This document shows positions 27,137 through 37,086 of a stretch of 64,000 nucleotides of DNA, one piece after another. Source of the DNA: a virus; the IMG/VR virus record IMGVR_UViG_3300030339_000011, positions 1-64,000 of that record. One strand, given 5' to 3'. The notes under the pieces are model-generated. The model saw only the letters and a list, made by a program, of their open reading frames with translations, ran no database searches and was not told the DNA's origin. Within the stretch, counting starts at the first letter, position 1. Each line of letters opens with the position of its first letter. Made by a program: the position numbers and the translations under genes.

Positions 27137-27510
27137 TATATGTTAAATTTATTTGATATTGTTGATAGATAAATTGATTCTATATCTTCTTTATTTACTT
27201 TTTCAAAATCTGTGTTATTGAACCAATGTCTAACTTCTCCTAAATCTTTACGATCAGTCACATGTTTAAAATTGTGAGTATTGGCAAAATCATAGAATGT
27301 GTTAATTGAGTCGTTTATATATGAATATAATATAAAATTCCAACTTGAATCTACTCCTTCTTTATAATATATATCATATAATAAAAATCCAGATTTTATT
27401 AAGTCTCTAATATCATCATTTAATATTTCAACTCCAATGTCATCACATTTATAAGTTTTTAGATATAATTTGAAATTGTTGATGCTTTCATTAAATCTAT
27501 TAATCTTCAT
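27136..27510 (-). CDS. famC protein (C2)
   Basis: MKINRFNES ... YDIYYKEGVDSSWNFILYSY ... SNKFNI. Confidence 0.65.
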   Translation of the reverse strand: MKINRFNESINNFKLYLKTYKCDDIGVEILNDDIRDLIKSGFLLYDIYYKEGVDSSWNFILYSYINDSINTFYDFANTHNFKHVTDRKDLGEVRHWFNNTDFEKVNKEDIESIYLSTISNKFNI

Positions 27511-27512
27511 AA

Positions 27513-27875
27513 TTATAAGTTAAATTTTTTAGTTATTAAATTAAGTTCTAATTCTTCTTTGTTTTTAGAATAATCTAATATTAAACTATCTCCAAATAAA
27601 CACAAATTGTTAACAATTGGTTTAATTTCAATATCAGGATCATTATGAAATCTATTTAATATATCATCAGGTATGTTATCATATTTAACTTTAATATCAT
27701 GACTATAACGATAAATATAATATATTTGACCTACATTATTATTTATAAAATTTATAAATTTTTTATCATCATCATCAGATGATGATCTTAACATTTTATT
27801 CGCATTTATTAAAACATAATCATCTTCACTAGGTTCATCATATTGTAGGCTATCATTAAATCTATTAATCTTCAT
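27513..27875 (-). CDS. famC protein (C1)
   Basis: ..VKYDNIPDDIL..TKKFNL. Confidence 0.65.
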   Translation of the reverse strand: MKINRFNDSLQYDEPSEDDYVLINANKMLRSSSDDDDKKFINFINNNVGQIYYIYRYSHDIKVKYDNIPDDILNRFHNDPDIEIKPIVNNLCLFGDSLILDYSKNKEELELNLITKKFNL

Positions 27876-27877
27876 AT

Positions 27878-28255
27878 TTACAAGTTAAATTTATTTGATC
27901 TTAAAATAATTTCAATATCTTCTCTATTAGTATTTTTATCAAAGTCATTATTTATTAATGTTTTTCTGAATCTTTCTACTGTACTTATTAATGAATACCA
28001 TGTCAAATAATGATATTCATTTATCAGTCTTTCATCTTCTACATTTTTAGGATAACAATATAAGTAATATATATTAAAATCCATATCAACCTTAATATCA
28101 TATTTTATATCATTAGATTCCAAAATATCTATTATTTTTATTATCTTATGCGATATATTGATAATATTTTTATTTTCGTATCTATATTCTGCAAAATATA
28201 TATTGTGATAAGGTTTATTATTTTCTACATTATCAGTATTTTTTTTAATTATCAT
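27878..28255 (-). CDS. famC protein (C2)
   Basis: ..NDIKYDIKVDMDFNIYYLYCYP..SNKFNL. Confidence 0.6.
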   Translation of the reverse strand: MIIKKNTDNVENNKPYHNIYFAEYRYENKNIINISHKIIKIIDILESNDIKYDIKVDMDFNIYYLYCYPKNVEDERLINEYHYLTWYSLISTVERFRKTLINNDFDKNTNREDIEIILRSNKFNL

Positions 28256-28257
28256 AA

Positions 28258-28551
28258 TTATAAATTGAATTTATTAGTATTTGATAATAAATCTTTATTC
28301 ATTTTTAATTCTTCTAAATCATGAGAATGTAGCAATATTTCATCCCTACTGTACATTTGGTTGTCATTAGCATCTCCTATCTGTATTTCATATGTATAAT
28401 AACCAGTTGGACCTTCTACTATATAAACTACCTCTCCTATGCAATAATCAAAGGTGTCTTTATGCCCTTTTCTCTTGCAAATTACATAATCATTCATCCA
28501 AATATCTGGATATTTAGAGTAAGTATCTTCAAATGTTTTTATATGATTCAT
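28258..28551 (-). CDS. famC protein (C1-like)
   Basis: MNHIKTFED..DYVICKRKGH..TNKFNL. Confidence 0.6.
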   Translation of the reverse strand: MNHIKTFEDTYSKYPDIWMNDYVICKRKGHKDTFDYCIGEVVYIVEGPTGYYTYEIQIGDANDNQMYSRDEILLHSHDLEELKMNKDLLSNTNKFNL

Positions 28552-28886
28552 ATATTAAATTTCTTAGCATTTATCATAGTTTCTAAATCATTTATATTTT
28601 TATTCCATAATTCAATCTCCCATTTTCCAAATTGAAAATTATCAGTCTTGCCACTTTTTTTCGTGATTAAGTCATATTGCATTCTAAATTCACTGAAATT
28701 ATCAGGAATATTATCATAATGAACAATATATGGATAATTTTTATCTTCAGATATACTAACAATTTGACCTATTTTATCCTTTATAAATTTATTCCTTTTA
28801 ATATTATTTGAAGATAATTTCGATACACAATAAACATAATCACCAACTTCTGGATTATTTTCAAATGAGTTAAAATCGGTTATCAT
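28548..28886 (-). CDS. famC protein (C1)
   Basis: ..PEVGDYVYC..VHYDNIPDNF..AKKFNI. Confidence 0.65.
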   Translation of the reverse strand: MITDFNSFENNPEVGDYVYCVSKLSSNNIKRNKFIKDKIGQIVSISEDKNYPYIVHYDNIPDNFSEFRMQYDLITKKSGKTDNFQFGKWEIELWNKNINDLETMINAKKFNI

Positions 28887-29215
28887 ACGTTGAATTTGTT
28901 AGTTTTTAATATTAGTTCTAATTTTTCCTTATCTTTATCCCAGTATTTTATTGCTCTTCTAGCAATCTCACATTCATAGAAGCTTTTATCATTTTTAGTC
29001 TTTCTACTGAATTCATTTTTTAATTCTCTTGGTACGTCTTCATATTGAATAACATATATTTTCTGAAGATTATTCCATAAATAAGAAAAACTCAATTTTG
29101 AAATATTATTATTTATAAAATCATATAATTTTGTTTTTACATTTACTTCACATAAAATATAATCGCCATTCTCTGGCTCATCTTCTATGCTTTCATTAAA
29201 TCTTTTTATGTTCAT
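28883..29215 (-). CDS. famC protein (C1)
   Basis: MNIKRFNES..PENGDYILC..QYEDVPREL..TNKFNV. Confidence 0.65.
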   Translation of the reverse strand: MNIKRFNESIEDEPENGDYILCEVNVKTKLYDFINNNISKLSFSYLWNNLQKIYVIQYEDVPRELKNEFSRKTKNDKSFYECEIARRAIKYWDKDKEKLELILKTNKFNV

Positions 29216-29217
29216 TA

Positions 29218-29628
29218 TTATATGTTAAATTTTCTTGATCTTATTCTCATCTTAAATGCTTCTAAATTTTGAATATTCTTTGAAGATACATTATCAAATT
29301 TGTCATATTTATTTAATAATTCTTTTTCTATCTCATCTATCTCATCTATCTTCAATCCTAAATACATCTTATTTGTAAAATCACTATATAAATATTCCAT
29401 TCCCCATAAAATATCACGTTGATTTATGTCATATCTATTTTTGCTATTATTATAAATAAATGCATACACAATTGCAATATTTCTTAAATTGTAATAAATG
29501 TTATAATCAATATTTGAATTATCTAAATTACTCAAATCTTCTATTAATTCATCATATGATTCATATTTTTTGGAATATAAATCGCATGTCTGTTGAGATT
29601 TTTCTTCATATGTCTTTATATTTTTCAT
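29218..29628 (-). CDS. famC protein (C2)
   Basis: ..NIDYNIYYNLRNIAIVYAFIY..SRKFNI. Confidence 0.65.
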   Translation of the reverse strand: MKNIKTYEEKSQQTCDLYSKKYESYDELIEDLSNLDNSNIDYNIYYNLRNIAIVYAFIYNNSKNRYDINQRDILWGMEYLYSDFTNKMYLGLKIDEIDEIEKELLNKYDKFDNVSSKNIQNLEAFKMRIRSRKFNI

Positions 29629-29637
29629 ATATTAAAC

Positions 29638-30090
29638 TTATATATTTTTTTTAGCCAGTATATACTCATTATATTTATCTGGATATAATTTCTTTAAAAT
29701 ACTAGCATTCTCAAAATTTAAATGATCAAACATATACATACCTTTATGATCTCTTTCTCCCCAATATGCTCCTGCATCAGTCAGCATTTTTATTATTTCA
29801 ATACAATATTCTCTATTACCTTTTGACGCTAATATGATAGGAAACATTGGTGATTTATTTGGTAAATTAGGATCTGCTCCATTTTCAAGTAATTCCTTTA
29901 TTATTATTATATTTTGATAAGAAACTGCCATTATTAGAGGAGTGTTTCCAAACTGACTAAATATATTAACATTATCAAAAGAATCAATAACCCTTTTAAT
30001 TGAATCTTTTTTATTAGAATAACTAATAATGGACATTAATTCACCAATAGTATAATCATTAGAATTCTCAAAAGTCTTTAAATATTTCAC
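29638..30090 (-). CDS. Ankyrin-repeat protein with a famC-type N-terminus (MKYLKTFEN)
   Basis: Two ankyrin repeats: GNTPLIMAVSYQNIIIIKELLENGADPN and SPMFPIILASKGNREYCIEIIKMLTDAGA. Confidence 0.65.
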   Translation of the reverse strand: MKYLKTFENSNDYTIGELMSIISYSNKKDSIKRVIDSFDNVNIFSQFGNTPLIMAVSYQNIIIIKELLENGADPNLPNKSPMFPIILASKGNREYCIEIIKMLTDAGAYWGERDHKGMYMFDHLNFENASILKKLYPDKYNEYILAKKNI

Positions 30091-30419
30091 ATGTTAAATT
30101 TATTTGTTGAGATATTTAATTCTAATTCTTCTAATGTAGAACCAATTTCTAAAATATCTGTAACATAAAATAATTTTGATTTTATATTTTTATCACTAAT
30201 ATAATTAAAGTATGCACTAATAATATCAGGTACATTTTCATATTTTACTACAATTGTAAATACCTCACCGTTTGAAAAAGTACCTATTTTTATAATTTCT
30301 CCTGGATTATTTTTAACAAAATTTGAAATAGATTTTATTCCTACTGGTTCAATTAGTACATAATCTCCTACTTCTGGTACTTTTTTATTTATGCTCTCAT
30401 TAAACTTTAATATTTTCAT
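30087..30419 (-). CDS. famC protein (C1)
   Basis: MKILKFNES..PEVGDYVLIE..KYENVPDII..TNKFNM. Confidence 0.65.
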   Translation of the reverse strand: MKILKFNESINKKVPEVGDYVLIEPVGIKSISNFVKNNPGEIIKIGTFSNGEVFTIVVKYENVPDIISAYFNYISDKNIKSKLFYVTDILEIGSTLEELELNISTNKFNM

Positions 30420-30420
30420 A

Positions 30421-30747
30421 TTATATGTTAAATTTTTTAGTCTTTATGATAGTTTCTAATTCTTCTTTATTCTTAGAAAAATATAATATTTCTTCTTTTT
30501 TAAATGGTATCGTATTATAATCATTATTATTTGTATAGCTACTTAACTGACTTGGTAAATCATCATATTTTATTGAATATGGATAATTTATCATATCTTT
30601 ACTCGTTGTATCTATAATAATGCCAATATTTACACTTGTAAATTCATTTAATGATTTCTCACCTGATTCATCACTATGACAAATTACATAATCTCCAATT
30701 TCTGGCTCATTTTCATTTATATTCTCATTAAATTTTCTAACTTTCAT
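30421..30747 (-). CDS. famC protein (C1)
   Basis: MKVRKFNEN..PEIGDYVICH..KYDDLPSQL..TKKFNI. Confidence 0.65.
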   Translation of the reverse strand: MKVRKFNENINENEPEIGDYVICHSDESGEKSLNEFTSVNIGIIIDTTSKDMINYPYSIKYDDLPSQLSSYTNNNDYNTIPFKKEEILYFSKNKEELETIIKTKKFNI

Positions 30748-30794
30748 ATTATTATATATTTATTTTAAAATACCATAATATTTAACACTATTAT

Positions 30795-31241
30795 TTATAC
30801 AACTTTATAATCAAAATAATCTTTTATATTTTTATACTTAATTTCTAATTTTTTATTAAAGGTATATTGATAACTTCTATCTGATTTGACATCATTAAAA
30901 GTTACATTATATGTCCTAAAATGTTTAATGTCATTTAATTTATCAAATATGAACATTAAAGCACTTCTTTCATCAGGTAATCCATTATTAATTAAATAAT
31001 CTCTGATATTATAGTCACACATAAAAATATTTCTTAGATTATCTATCTCAAATAAACATATTCCTTTATCTACATCAGGCAATATCTTATCATCTTTATT
31101 ATCTATCTGGCATAATTTATTGTGACGTATGTATGATATGTCATAATACAATCCTATGACATCACGTGGTTGTTTAGTTCTAACTATATAGCAGGAATTA
31201 AATATACTCAAAAACCAGTTACTTAAATCTTTGTTGTCCAT
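30795..31241 (-). CDS. famE protein (MDNKDLSNWFLSIFNSCYIV...)
   Basis: ORF track. Paralogous to the 52530-53898 and 58164-59356 clusters. Confidence 0.55.
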   Translation of the reverse strand: MDNKDLSNWFLSIFNSCYIVRTKQPRDVIGLYYDISYIRHNKLCQIDNKDDKILPDVDKGICLFEIDNLRNIFMCDYNIRDYLINNGLPDERSALMFIFDKLNDIKHFRTYNVTFNDVKSDRSYQYTFNKKLEIKYKNIKDYFDYKVV

Positions 31242-31689
31242 ATGGTTTTAATATTGTATTAATATCTAATGAAGTTAATTTTAATTTAAGACTATCAATT
31301 TTAACAGTATTTATAACAGCAAAATATGTAGGAGTATAATCATGAAATCTAGTGTATTTCAATATCTCTTGTATAAATTTTTGAATATCATTATCAAGAG
31401 TTTTAGATTTTATATCAGATTCATTAAATTTCTTTCTTAAATGTGACCAAATAATATAATAATCACATGACATCATATTATATTTAATGTCAATGTCAAA
31501 TAATTTTATTCCTTTGTTGAAATTTGGAATAAATGATAATTCTTTTTTACTTATAACACACAATTTCTTACTACGAATAAATGACTTATCGTAATATAAA
31601 TATACATGATTAGGAAAAATATCACTTGATACTACATAGCATGACTTAAATTTACTCCAAAACCATTTACTTAATTCTTCTTTATCCAT
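31219..31689 (-). CDS. famE protein
   Basis: MDKEELSKWFWSKFKSCYVV... Confidence 0.55.
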   Translation of the reverse strand: MDKEELSKWFWSKFKSCYVVSSDIFPNHVYLYYDKSFIRSKKLCVISKKELSFIPNFNKGIKLFDIDIKYNMMSCDYYIIWSHLRKKFNESDIKSKTLDNDIQKFIQEILKYTRFHDYTPTYFAVINTVKIDSLKLKLTSLDINTILKPYGQQRFK

Positions 31690-31690
31690 G

Positions 31691-32188
31691 CTATTTTAAT
31701 ATTTTTTTAATGTCTAAATATTTAATTTCTAACTGATTAATATCTATAGAGTATAATTCTGGACTTGATTTTAAATCTAAACTGAAAGAACTTGTGCATA
31801 AATATGAATGAGAAATAAAAAAATCTCTATCGTTATGAGAAAATATATTAAATTTGAATATTTCTCCTTTAATAAATTTGTCCAACTCATTGACATTTGA
31901 TGAGTAATTTGATTCTAAATAACTATATATCTTATCATAAGAGCAATTGATACCATAAAGAGAACAATGTATGATTAATAATAATTCACTCTTACCAATG
32001 TCAGGTAAAATAGCTTCACTGTCATTAATATTATAATATATTGAATTTAATCTTGATAATTTATTACGACGAACATAAGATTTATCATATAATAGATATA
32101 ATAATTCTGGTTGTGTTGTATCATTTGCTACATAACAAGATTTTAATATGTCCAAAAACCATTTAATAGATTCATTCTTTGTCATCAT
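31691..32188 (-). CDS. famE protein
   Basis: MMTKNESIKWFLDILKSCYVAN... Confidence 0.55.
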   Translation of the reverse strand: MMTKNESIKWFLDILKSCYVANDTTQPELLYLLYDKSYVRRNKLSRLNSIYYNINDSEAILPDIGKSELLLIIHCSLYGINCSYDKIYSYLESNYSSNVNELDKFIKGEIFKFNIFSHNDRDFFISHSYLCTSSFSLDLKSSPELYSIDINQLEIKYLDIKKILK

Positions 32189-32296
32189 CTGTAATAAAAA
32201 CTTTATTTGTAATCTCTATATTTTTTACAAATATACTAAATTATATCCTATCTAACAAATATAAATGTTCAACATGAAAAATTAATATATAACTAC

Positions 32297-32611
32297 ATGA
32301 AATATATTAAACAATATGAAGAAAAAGACTATATTCCACATGTTGGCGATTATGTTCTATGTCATACAGAATCTGACACAAAGGATAAAGATACTTTTAA
32401 TCACACGATAGGTTATTTTGATAGAATGTTTTCAAGCTATTATGTCATAAGATTTGATAAAAAACAGGAGATGAAACAAGGTAATAGAATATATGCAAAA
32501 AATGATTTAGATAAAATATATTTATATGCTTATAAATATGAAGTTATATATTGGTCTAAAAATAAAGAAGAGTTAGAATTAATATTAACCGCAAATAAAT
32601 TTAACCTTTAA
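32297..32611 (+). CDS. famC protein (C1; MKYIKQYEEK ... TANKFNL)
   Basis: ORF track. AATATATAACTAC sits directly upstream of the ATG. Confidence 0.65.
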   Translation: MKYIKQYEEKDYIPHVGDYVLCHTESDTKDKDTFNHTIGYFDRMFSSYYVIRFDKKQEMKQGNRIYAKNDLDKIYLYAYKYEVIYWSKNKEELELILTANKFNL

Positions 32612-32790
32612 TAACTATGAATTATAAAAATAAGTATTACCTTTGTAGACTAATAATTAATACTAAGTCTATTATGAAAATGCACAACAAAGAAATTATT
32701 AAATATGCTATTCGATGGGCAGTAATTGCATATGTTTTTCTTTCTATTTTATATATTTCATATATTCATTTTATTCATTAACATCACATT

Positions 32791-33006
32791 ATGAAACTAA
32801 CACTTGGAAATTTATTAATTATAACTACAATAGTTTTTACATTATTTGTAGATTTTATATATATTGTAAAGTTTGGTAATCCATTTATATCTCAATTTGG
32901 TGGATATTATCAAACATTTGTATATATTACGCTAGAATTTATTATAGTATTTTCTTTAGCATGGGTAGTTAGTTTTATTATAAAACATTGGAACACTGAA
33001 TTATAA
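32791..33006 (+). CDS. Small 2-TM membrane protein, 71 aa
   Basis: ORF track. Hydrophobic. Confidence 0.45.
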   Translation: MKLTLGNLLIITTIVFTLFVDFIYIVKFGNPFISQFGGYYQTFVYITLEFIIVFSLAWVVSFIIKHWNTEL

Positions 33007-33041
33007 AAAAAGTTCAACTTAATTATAAGTTGAACTTTTTT
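33005..33041. terminator. Bidirectional hairpin terminator whose stem encodes the KFNL C-terminus of the minus-strand gene
   Basis: Palindrome AAAAAAAGTTCAACTTAATTATAAGTTGAACTTTTTT between convergent genes. Confidence 0.55.
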
Positions 33042-33358
33042 GTGTTTATATATCTCTCTGCATTATCTATATCAAATGAAAAGTATTCAATCTCACTATC
33101 ATCAAATACAATAACTTTTACATCATTAATCTTGGATATCCAAACTCCATCAGGTATGTCATCATATGTTACAGCATATTTATATTTAATATTCCAATTA
33201 TCTTTTACTATCCTACCTATTTTATTCTGTATAAATTCCTGTTGTTCAGATTTATTATTATTATAAAAATTATTCATATCATTATCAGAATATGAACACA
33301 CCACATAATCTCCTAATGATGGTTCATCAACAATCTCTATTAATTTTAATTTTTTCAT
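33023..33358 (-). CDS. famC protein (C1)
   Basis: ..PSLGDYVVCSY..VTYDDIPDGV..TKKFNL. Confidence 0.65.
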   Translation of the reverse strand: MKKLKLIEIVDEPSLGDYVVCSYSDNDMNNFYNNNKSEQQEFIQNKIGRIVKDNWNIKYKYAVTYDDIPDGVWISKINDVKVIVFDDSEIEYFSFDIDNAERYINTKKFNL

Positions 33359-33660
33359 ATATTGAACTTTTTAGAATTAATTATTGACTCAATAGTATCT
33401 TTATCACTGTTCCAATTTATTATCTCTTCCCTTTTAAAAACTATAATTCTTTCATTATCAATAATATTGTTCCATAAATCTCCTGGTATATTATCAAAAG
33501 TTATAAAATAAGAATATTTACCACCATCATAATATTTAACAATTTTACCAATTTTATCTTTTATGAAATCGTTATATTTATCAAATTCACCAATATCACC
33601 ACATGAACAAATGACATAGTCTCCTACCTTTGGCTCAGATTTAATCTCTTTGTCTTTCAT
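33355..33660 (-). CDS. famC protein (C1)
   Basis: ..PKVGDYVICSC..ITFDNIPGDL..SKKFNI. Confidence 0.65.
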   Translation of the reverse strand: MKDKEIKSEPKVGDYVICSCGDIGEFDKYNDFIKDKIGKIVKYYDGGKYSYFITFDNIPGDLWNNIIDNERIIVFKREEIINWNSDKDTIESIINSKKFNI

Positions 33661-34019
33661 ATATTAAATTTTTTAGATATTAATATCAATTCTAATTCTT
33701 TTATATCTTTACTACAATATTCAATGTCATAAATATCTCTAGATAATTCAAGATAAACATCAGAATAATTATCATCTTTATCAAGACTCAATAACTCTTT
33801 TATTCTAACAGGAGCATCTTTATATTCAATGTCATATATAACTTCATTATTTCTTTTTCGACGTCTTATTCTATAAATTTTACCTACATGAGAGTTTAAA
33901 TAATCTCTTTGATAATTACTGTCGATATCTGAATAATCAACATCATCATTAATTATTACATAATCACCAACTTCTGGATTATCTTTATTTAAACTATCGT
34001 TAAAATTATTTATTTTCAT
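33657..34019 (-). CDS. famC protein (C1)
   Basis: MKINNFNDS..PEVGDYVIIND..SKKFNI. Confidence 0.65.
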   Translation of the reverse strand: MKINNFNDSLNKDNPEVGDYVIINDDVDYSDIDSNYQRDYLNSHVGKIYRIRRRKRNNEVIYDIEYKDAPVRIKELLSLDKDDNYSDVYLELSRDIYDIEYCSKDIKELELILISKKFNI

Positions 34020-34112
34020 ATGTTAATTTTATTCAGTGGTCACAAATTATTCTATAATTTACCGCATTATGATGTGACCACAAAGATAATAAATATTTTT
34101 CAATTATGAAAA

Positions 34113-34739
34113 TTATAAATTAAATTTTCTTGCCATTACTTTTTCTGGATATTTAATCGCAAACCATTCTCTATATTCTCTTAAATCTGAATACGGTAAT
34201 TCATTACCTGTACATTCTAAATCTACTAAGCTTTGAGGTAACTCAGGTAACTCTGTTAATTTATTATTTGAACAATCTAAAAATTCTAAACCATCAGGCA
34301 AATTAGGCATTGATGTTAATTGATTTCCTGTACATTGCAAATCTCTTAATGTGCTTGGTAACTTAGGTAATGAAGTTAATTTGTTATTCATACAATATAG
34401 TTCAATTAATATGTCAGTAAGATCAGGTAACTTAATTATTCTATTATCTGAACAATATAGATATTTTAATGAACTTGGTATTTTATCTAACTTATTCAAG
34501 TCATTTTCAGAACAATTTAATGTTATCAATGTATTCGGTAACTTAGGCATTAAAGATATTGGATTACTCTCGCAATCTAAAATTTCTAATTTAATAGGTA
34601 ATTTTGGTAAAGATTTTATATTATTATTAGCACAACTTAAATATGTTAATGTATCAGGCAACTCTGGTATTTCTGATAATCCACTAAATGAACAATTTAA
34701 TTCTGTGGTCACACTCTCAAATTTCTTTATGTATTTCAT
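34113..34739 (-). CDS. famC LRR protein. Start moved to MKYIKKFES
   Basis: The track ORF (34113..34802) reads through the junction. ~8 YopM-type repeats; ends ARKFNL. Confidence 0.7.
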   Translation of the reverse strand: MKYIKKFESVTTELNCSFSGLSEIPELPDTLTYLSCANNNIKSLPKLPIKLEILDCESNPISLMPKLPNTLITLNCSENDLNKLDKIPSSLKYLYCSDNRIIKLPDLTDILIELYCMNNKLTSLPKLPSTLRDLQCTGNQLTSMPNLPDGLEFLDCSNNKLTELPELPQSLVDLECTGNELPYSDLREYREWFAIKYPEKVMARKFNL

Positions 34740-34740
34740 A

Positions 34741-35490
34741 TTATATGTTAAATTTTTTAGACATTCCCTGAGGAGTTTTAGAAAACCATTTCTTATATTC
34801 ATCTAAATTATCATAAGGTAAATTATTATCAGAGCAATTCAATGTTATTAATGTATCAGGTAACTCTGGTAGTTCTTTCAAATTATTATTTGAACAAGAT
34901 AAATATCTTAATGACTTAGGTATAAATAAAATTTCATTTAAAAGATTATATGAACAATATAATTCTTCTAATTTATCAGGTAAATGTGGTAAATTTGTTA
35001 AATTATTATATGAACAATCCAATGATTCTATTGTATTGGGTAATTTAGGTATCTCTATTAAATGATTTTTGTTGCAATATAAATATTCTAATTTTCCGGG
35101 TAATTCTGGTAATTCATTCAATTTATTATTAGAACAATATAATTCTAATAAAGTATCAGGTAATTTTGGTAACTCAGATATATTATTTTTAAAGCAATCT
35201 AAATATTCTAATCTTATTGGTAATTCTGGTAAATCCATTAACTTATTATTACCAGAATAAAGTATTCTTAAATTTTTAGGTAACTCAGGAAAGATTTCAA
35301 ATTTATTGTTACTAAAATTCAAATTTAATAATGTACTAGGCAATTTTGGTAAATATGTCAAATTATTGTCTTTACATACCAAATGTTCTAAGCCTTCATA
35401 TAACTCTGGTAATTCAGATAACCCGCTAAAAGAATAATCCAACTCTGTTTCAACACTCTCAACACTCTCAAATTTCTTTATATACTTCAT
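34741..35490 (-). CDS. famC LRR protein, 249 aa
   Basis: MKYIKKFES ... MSKKFNI. ~10 repeats. Confidence 0.75.
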   Translation of the reverse strand: MKYIKKFESVESVETELDYSFSGLSELPELYEGLEHLVCKDNNLTYLPKLPSTLLNLNFSNNKFEIFPELPKNLRILYSGNNKLMDLPELPIRLEYLDCFKNNISELPKLPDTLLELYCSNNKLNELPELPGKLEYLYCNKNHLIEIPKLPNTIESLDCSYNNLTNLPHLPDKLEELYCSYNLLNEILFIPKSLRYLSCSNNNLKELPELPDTLITLNCSDNNLPYDNLDEYKKWFSKTPQGMSKKFNI

Positions 35491-35491
35491 A

Positions 35492-36178
35492 TTATATGTT
35501 AAATTTTCTAGCCATGGCTATATCTGGAAATTTATTATCAAACCATATTTGGTATTGTTCTAAATTTTCATAAGGTAAATCATTACCCAAACAATTTAAA
35601 TATATTAATGACATAGGTAACTCAGGCAACTCAGTTAATTTGTTATTTGAACAATCTAATTCTCTTAATGTACTAGGTAAATCAGGTAATAATTCTAACT
35701 TATTAAAATTACAGTGTAAATGTTTTAACGTATTAGGTAAATCAGGTAATGATTCTAATTTATTACCAGAACAATAAAAATATACTAATGAATCAGGTAA
35801 CTCAGGTAATGAAGATAATTCATTATTTGAACAATATATTTCTCTTATATAATGAGGTAATTCTGGTAATGAAATTAAACTATTTGACATACACCTCATC
35901 ATTTTCAAACTATTAGGTAACTCAGGTAATGATTCTAATTTATTAAAATTACAAAGTAAATTTATTAAAGTATCAGGCAATTCTGGTAATGATTCTAATT
36001 TATTGCTGTTACAATTTAACACTTCTAATGTGCTTGGCAACTTAGGTAAATATTTTAAATCATTATAAAAACATGATAATTTTATTAATCCATCAGGTAA
36101 TTCAGGAATTTCTTTTAATCCTGCTATGGAATAATCTAAATCTTTTATTATTGTATAATATTTGTTTATGTATTTCAT
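35492..36178 (-). CDS. famC LRR protein, 228 aa
   Basis: MKYINKYYT ... ARKFNI. Confidence 0.75.
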   Translation of the reverse strand: MKYINKYYTIIKDLDYSIAGLKEIPELPDGLIKLSCFYNDLKYLPKLPSTLEVLNCNSNKLESLPELPDTLINLLCNFNKLESLPELPNSLKMMRCMSNSLISLPELPHYIREIYCSNNELSSLPELPDSLVYFYCSGNKLESLPDLPNTLKHLHCNFNKLELLPDLPSTLRELDCSNNKLTELPELPMSLIYLNCLGNDLPYENLEQYQIWFDNKFPDIAMARKFNI

Positions 36179-36185
36179 TTATATT

Positions 36186-36560
36186 TTATATGTTAAATTT
36201 TTTAATCATTGAATTAAAGTACCATTCTTTGTATCCTTCTAAACTATCATAAGGTAAATGATTTCCTTTACAATATAATAATGTTAATGTATCAGGTAAC
36301 TTTGGTAGTATTTTTAATTCATTGTAACCACAATCTAAATATTCTAATTTATCAGGAAGTTTTGGTAAAGTTTCTAATTTGTTACAACTACAATCTAAAT
36401 ATATTAATGAATCAGGTAACTCAGGTAGCTCAGCCAATCTATTATTATAACAATATAAATGTTTCAACGTATCAGGTAACTCTTCTCTTAGTTCAGTTAA
36501 TCCTCTATTAGACTTATATAAAAATTTAATTTCTTTCTCAAAAATTTTAATGTGTTTCAT
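36186..36560 (-). CDS. famC LRR protein, 124 aa
   Basis: MKHIKIFEK ... IKKFNI. Confidence 0.7.
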   Translation of the reverse strand: MKHIKIFEKEIKFLYKSNRGLTELREELPDTLKHLYCYNNRLAELPELPDSLIYLDCSCNKLETLPKLPDKLEYLDCGYNELKILPKLPDTLTLLYCKGNHLPYDSLEGYKEWYFNSMIKKFNI

Positions 36561-37006
36561 ATGTTAAATTTATTTGCATTAACTACCTCAGGATGATTAA
36601 TATTCAGCCATTCATTATATTCCGCCAGATTTTTAAAAGGAGCATCATTTCCTTTGCAAAATAATTCTTTTAATGTGACTGGTAATATTATAGGACATTT
36701 AATTAATATATTATAATCAAATGATAAATATTCTAATCTACTTGGTAACTCTGTTAATTTTTCTAAATTATTATCATAACATGACAAAATTCTTAATGAT
36801 TTTGGTAACTCAGGTAACTTAGTTAATTTATTATCTGAACAATACAATTCTTCTAGCCCATTTGGCAACTCAGGTAGTTCAGTTAATCTATTGCCATAAC
36901 AGTATAATTTAATTAATGTTTTAGGTAATTTTGGTAATGTGCCTAATCCGTTAGCATTATAATATAATTCTTTCACTACTTTTTCAAACATTTTAATGTA
37001 TTTCAT
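36557..37006 (-). CDS. famC LRR protein, 149 aa
   Basis: MKYIKMFEK ... ANKFNI. Confidence 0.7.
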   Translation of the reverse strand: MKYIKMFEKVVKELYYNANGLGTLPKLPKTLIKLYCYGNRLTELPELPNGLEELYCSDNKLTKLPELPKSLRILSCYDNNLEKLTELPSRLEYLSFDYNILIKCPIILPVTLKELFCKGNDAPFKNLAEYNEWLNINHPEVVNANKFNI

Positions 37007-37047
37007 GTGAGTATATATTATATTTCAATTGTCAAATCCTTATATTG

Positions 37048-37078
37048 AAAAACTCAGTTAAAATTAATTAACTGAGTT
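37048..37078. terminator. Fibre-gene terminator hairpin AACTCAGTTAAAATTAATTAACTGAGTT
   Basis: Palindrome with a T-run. The same hairpin follows four other fibre-cluster genes. Confidence 0.55.
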
Positions 37079-37086
37079 GTTTATTT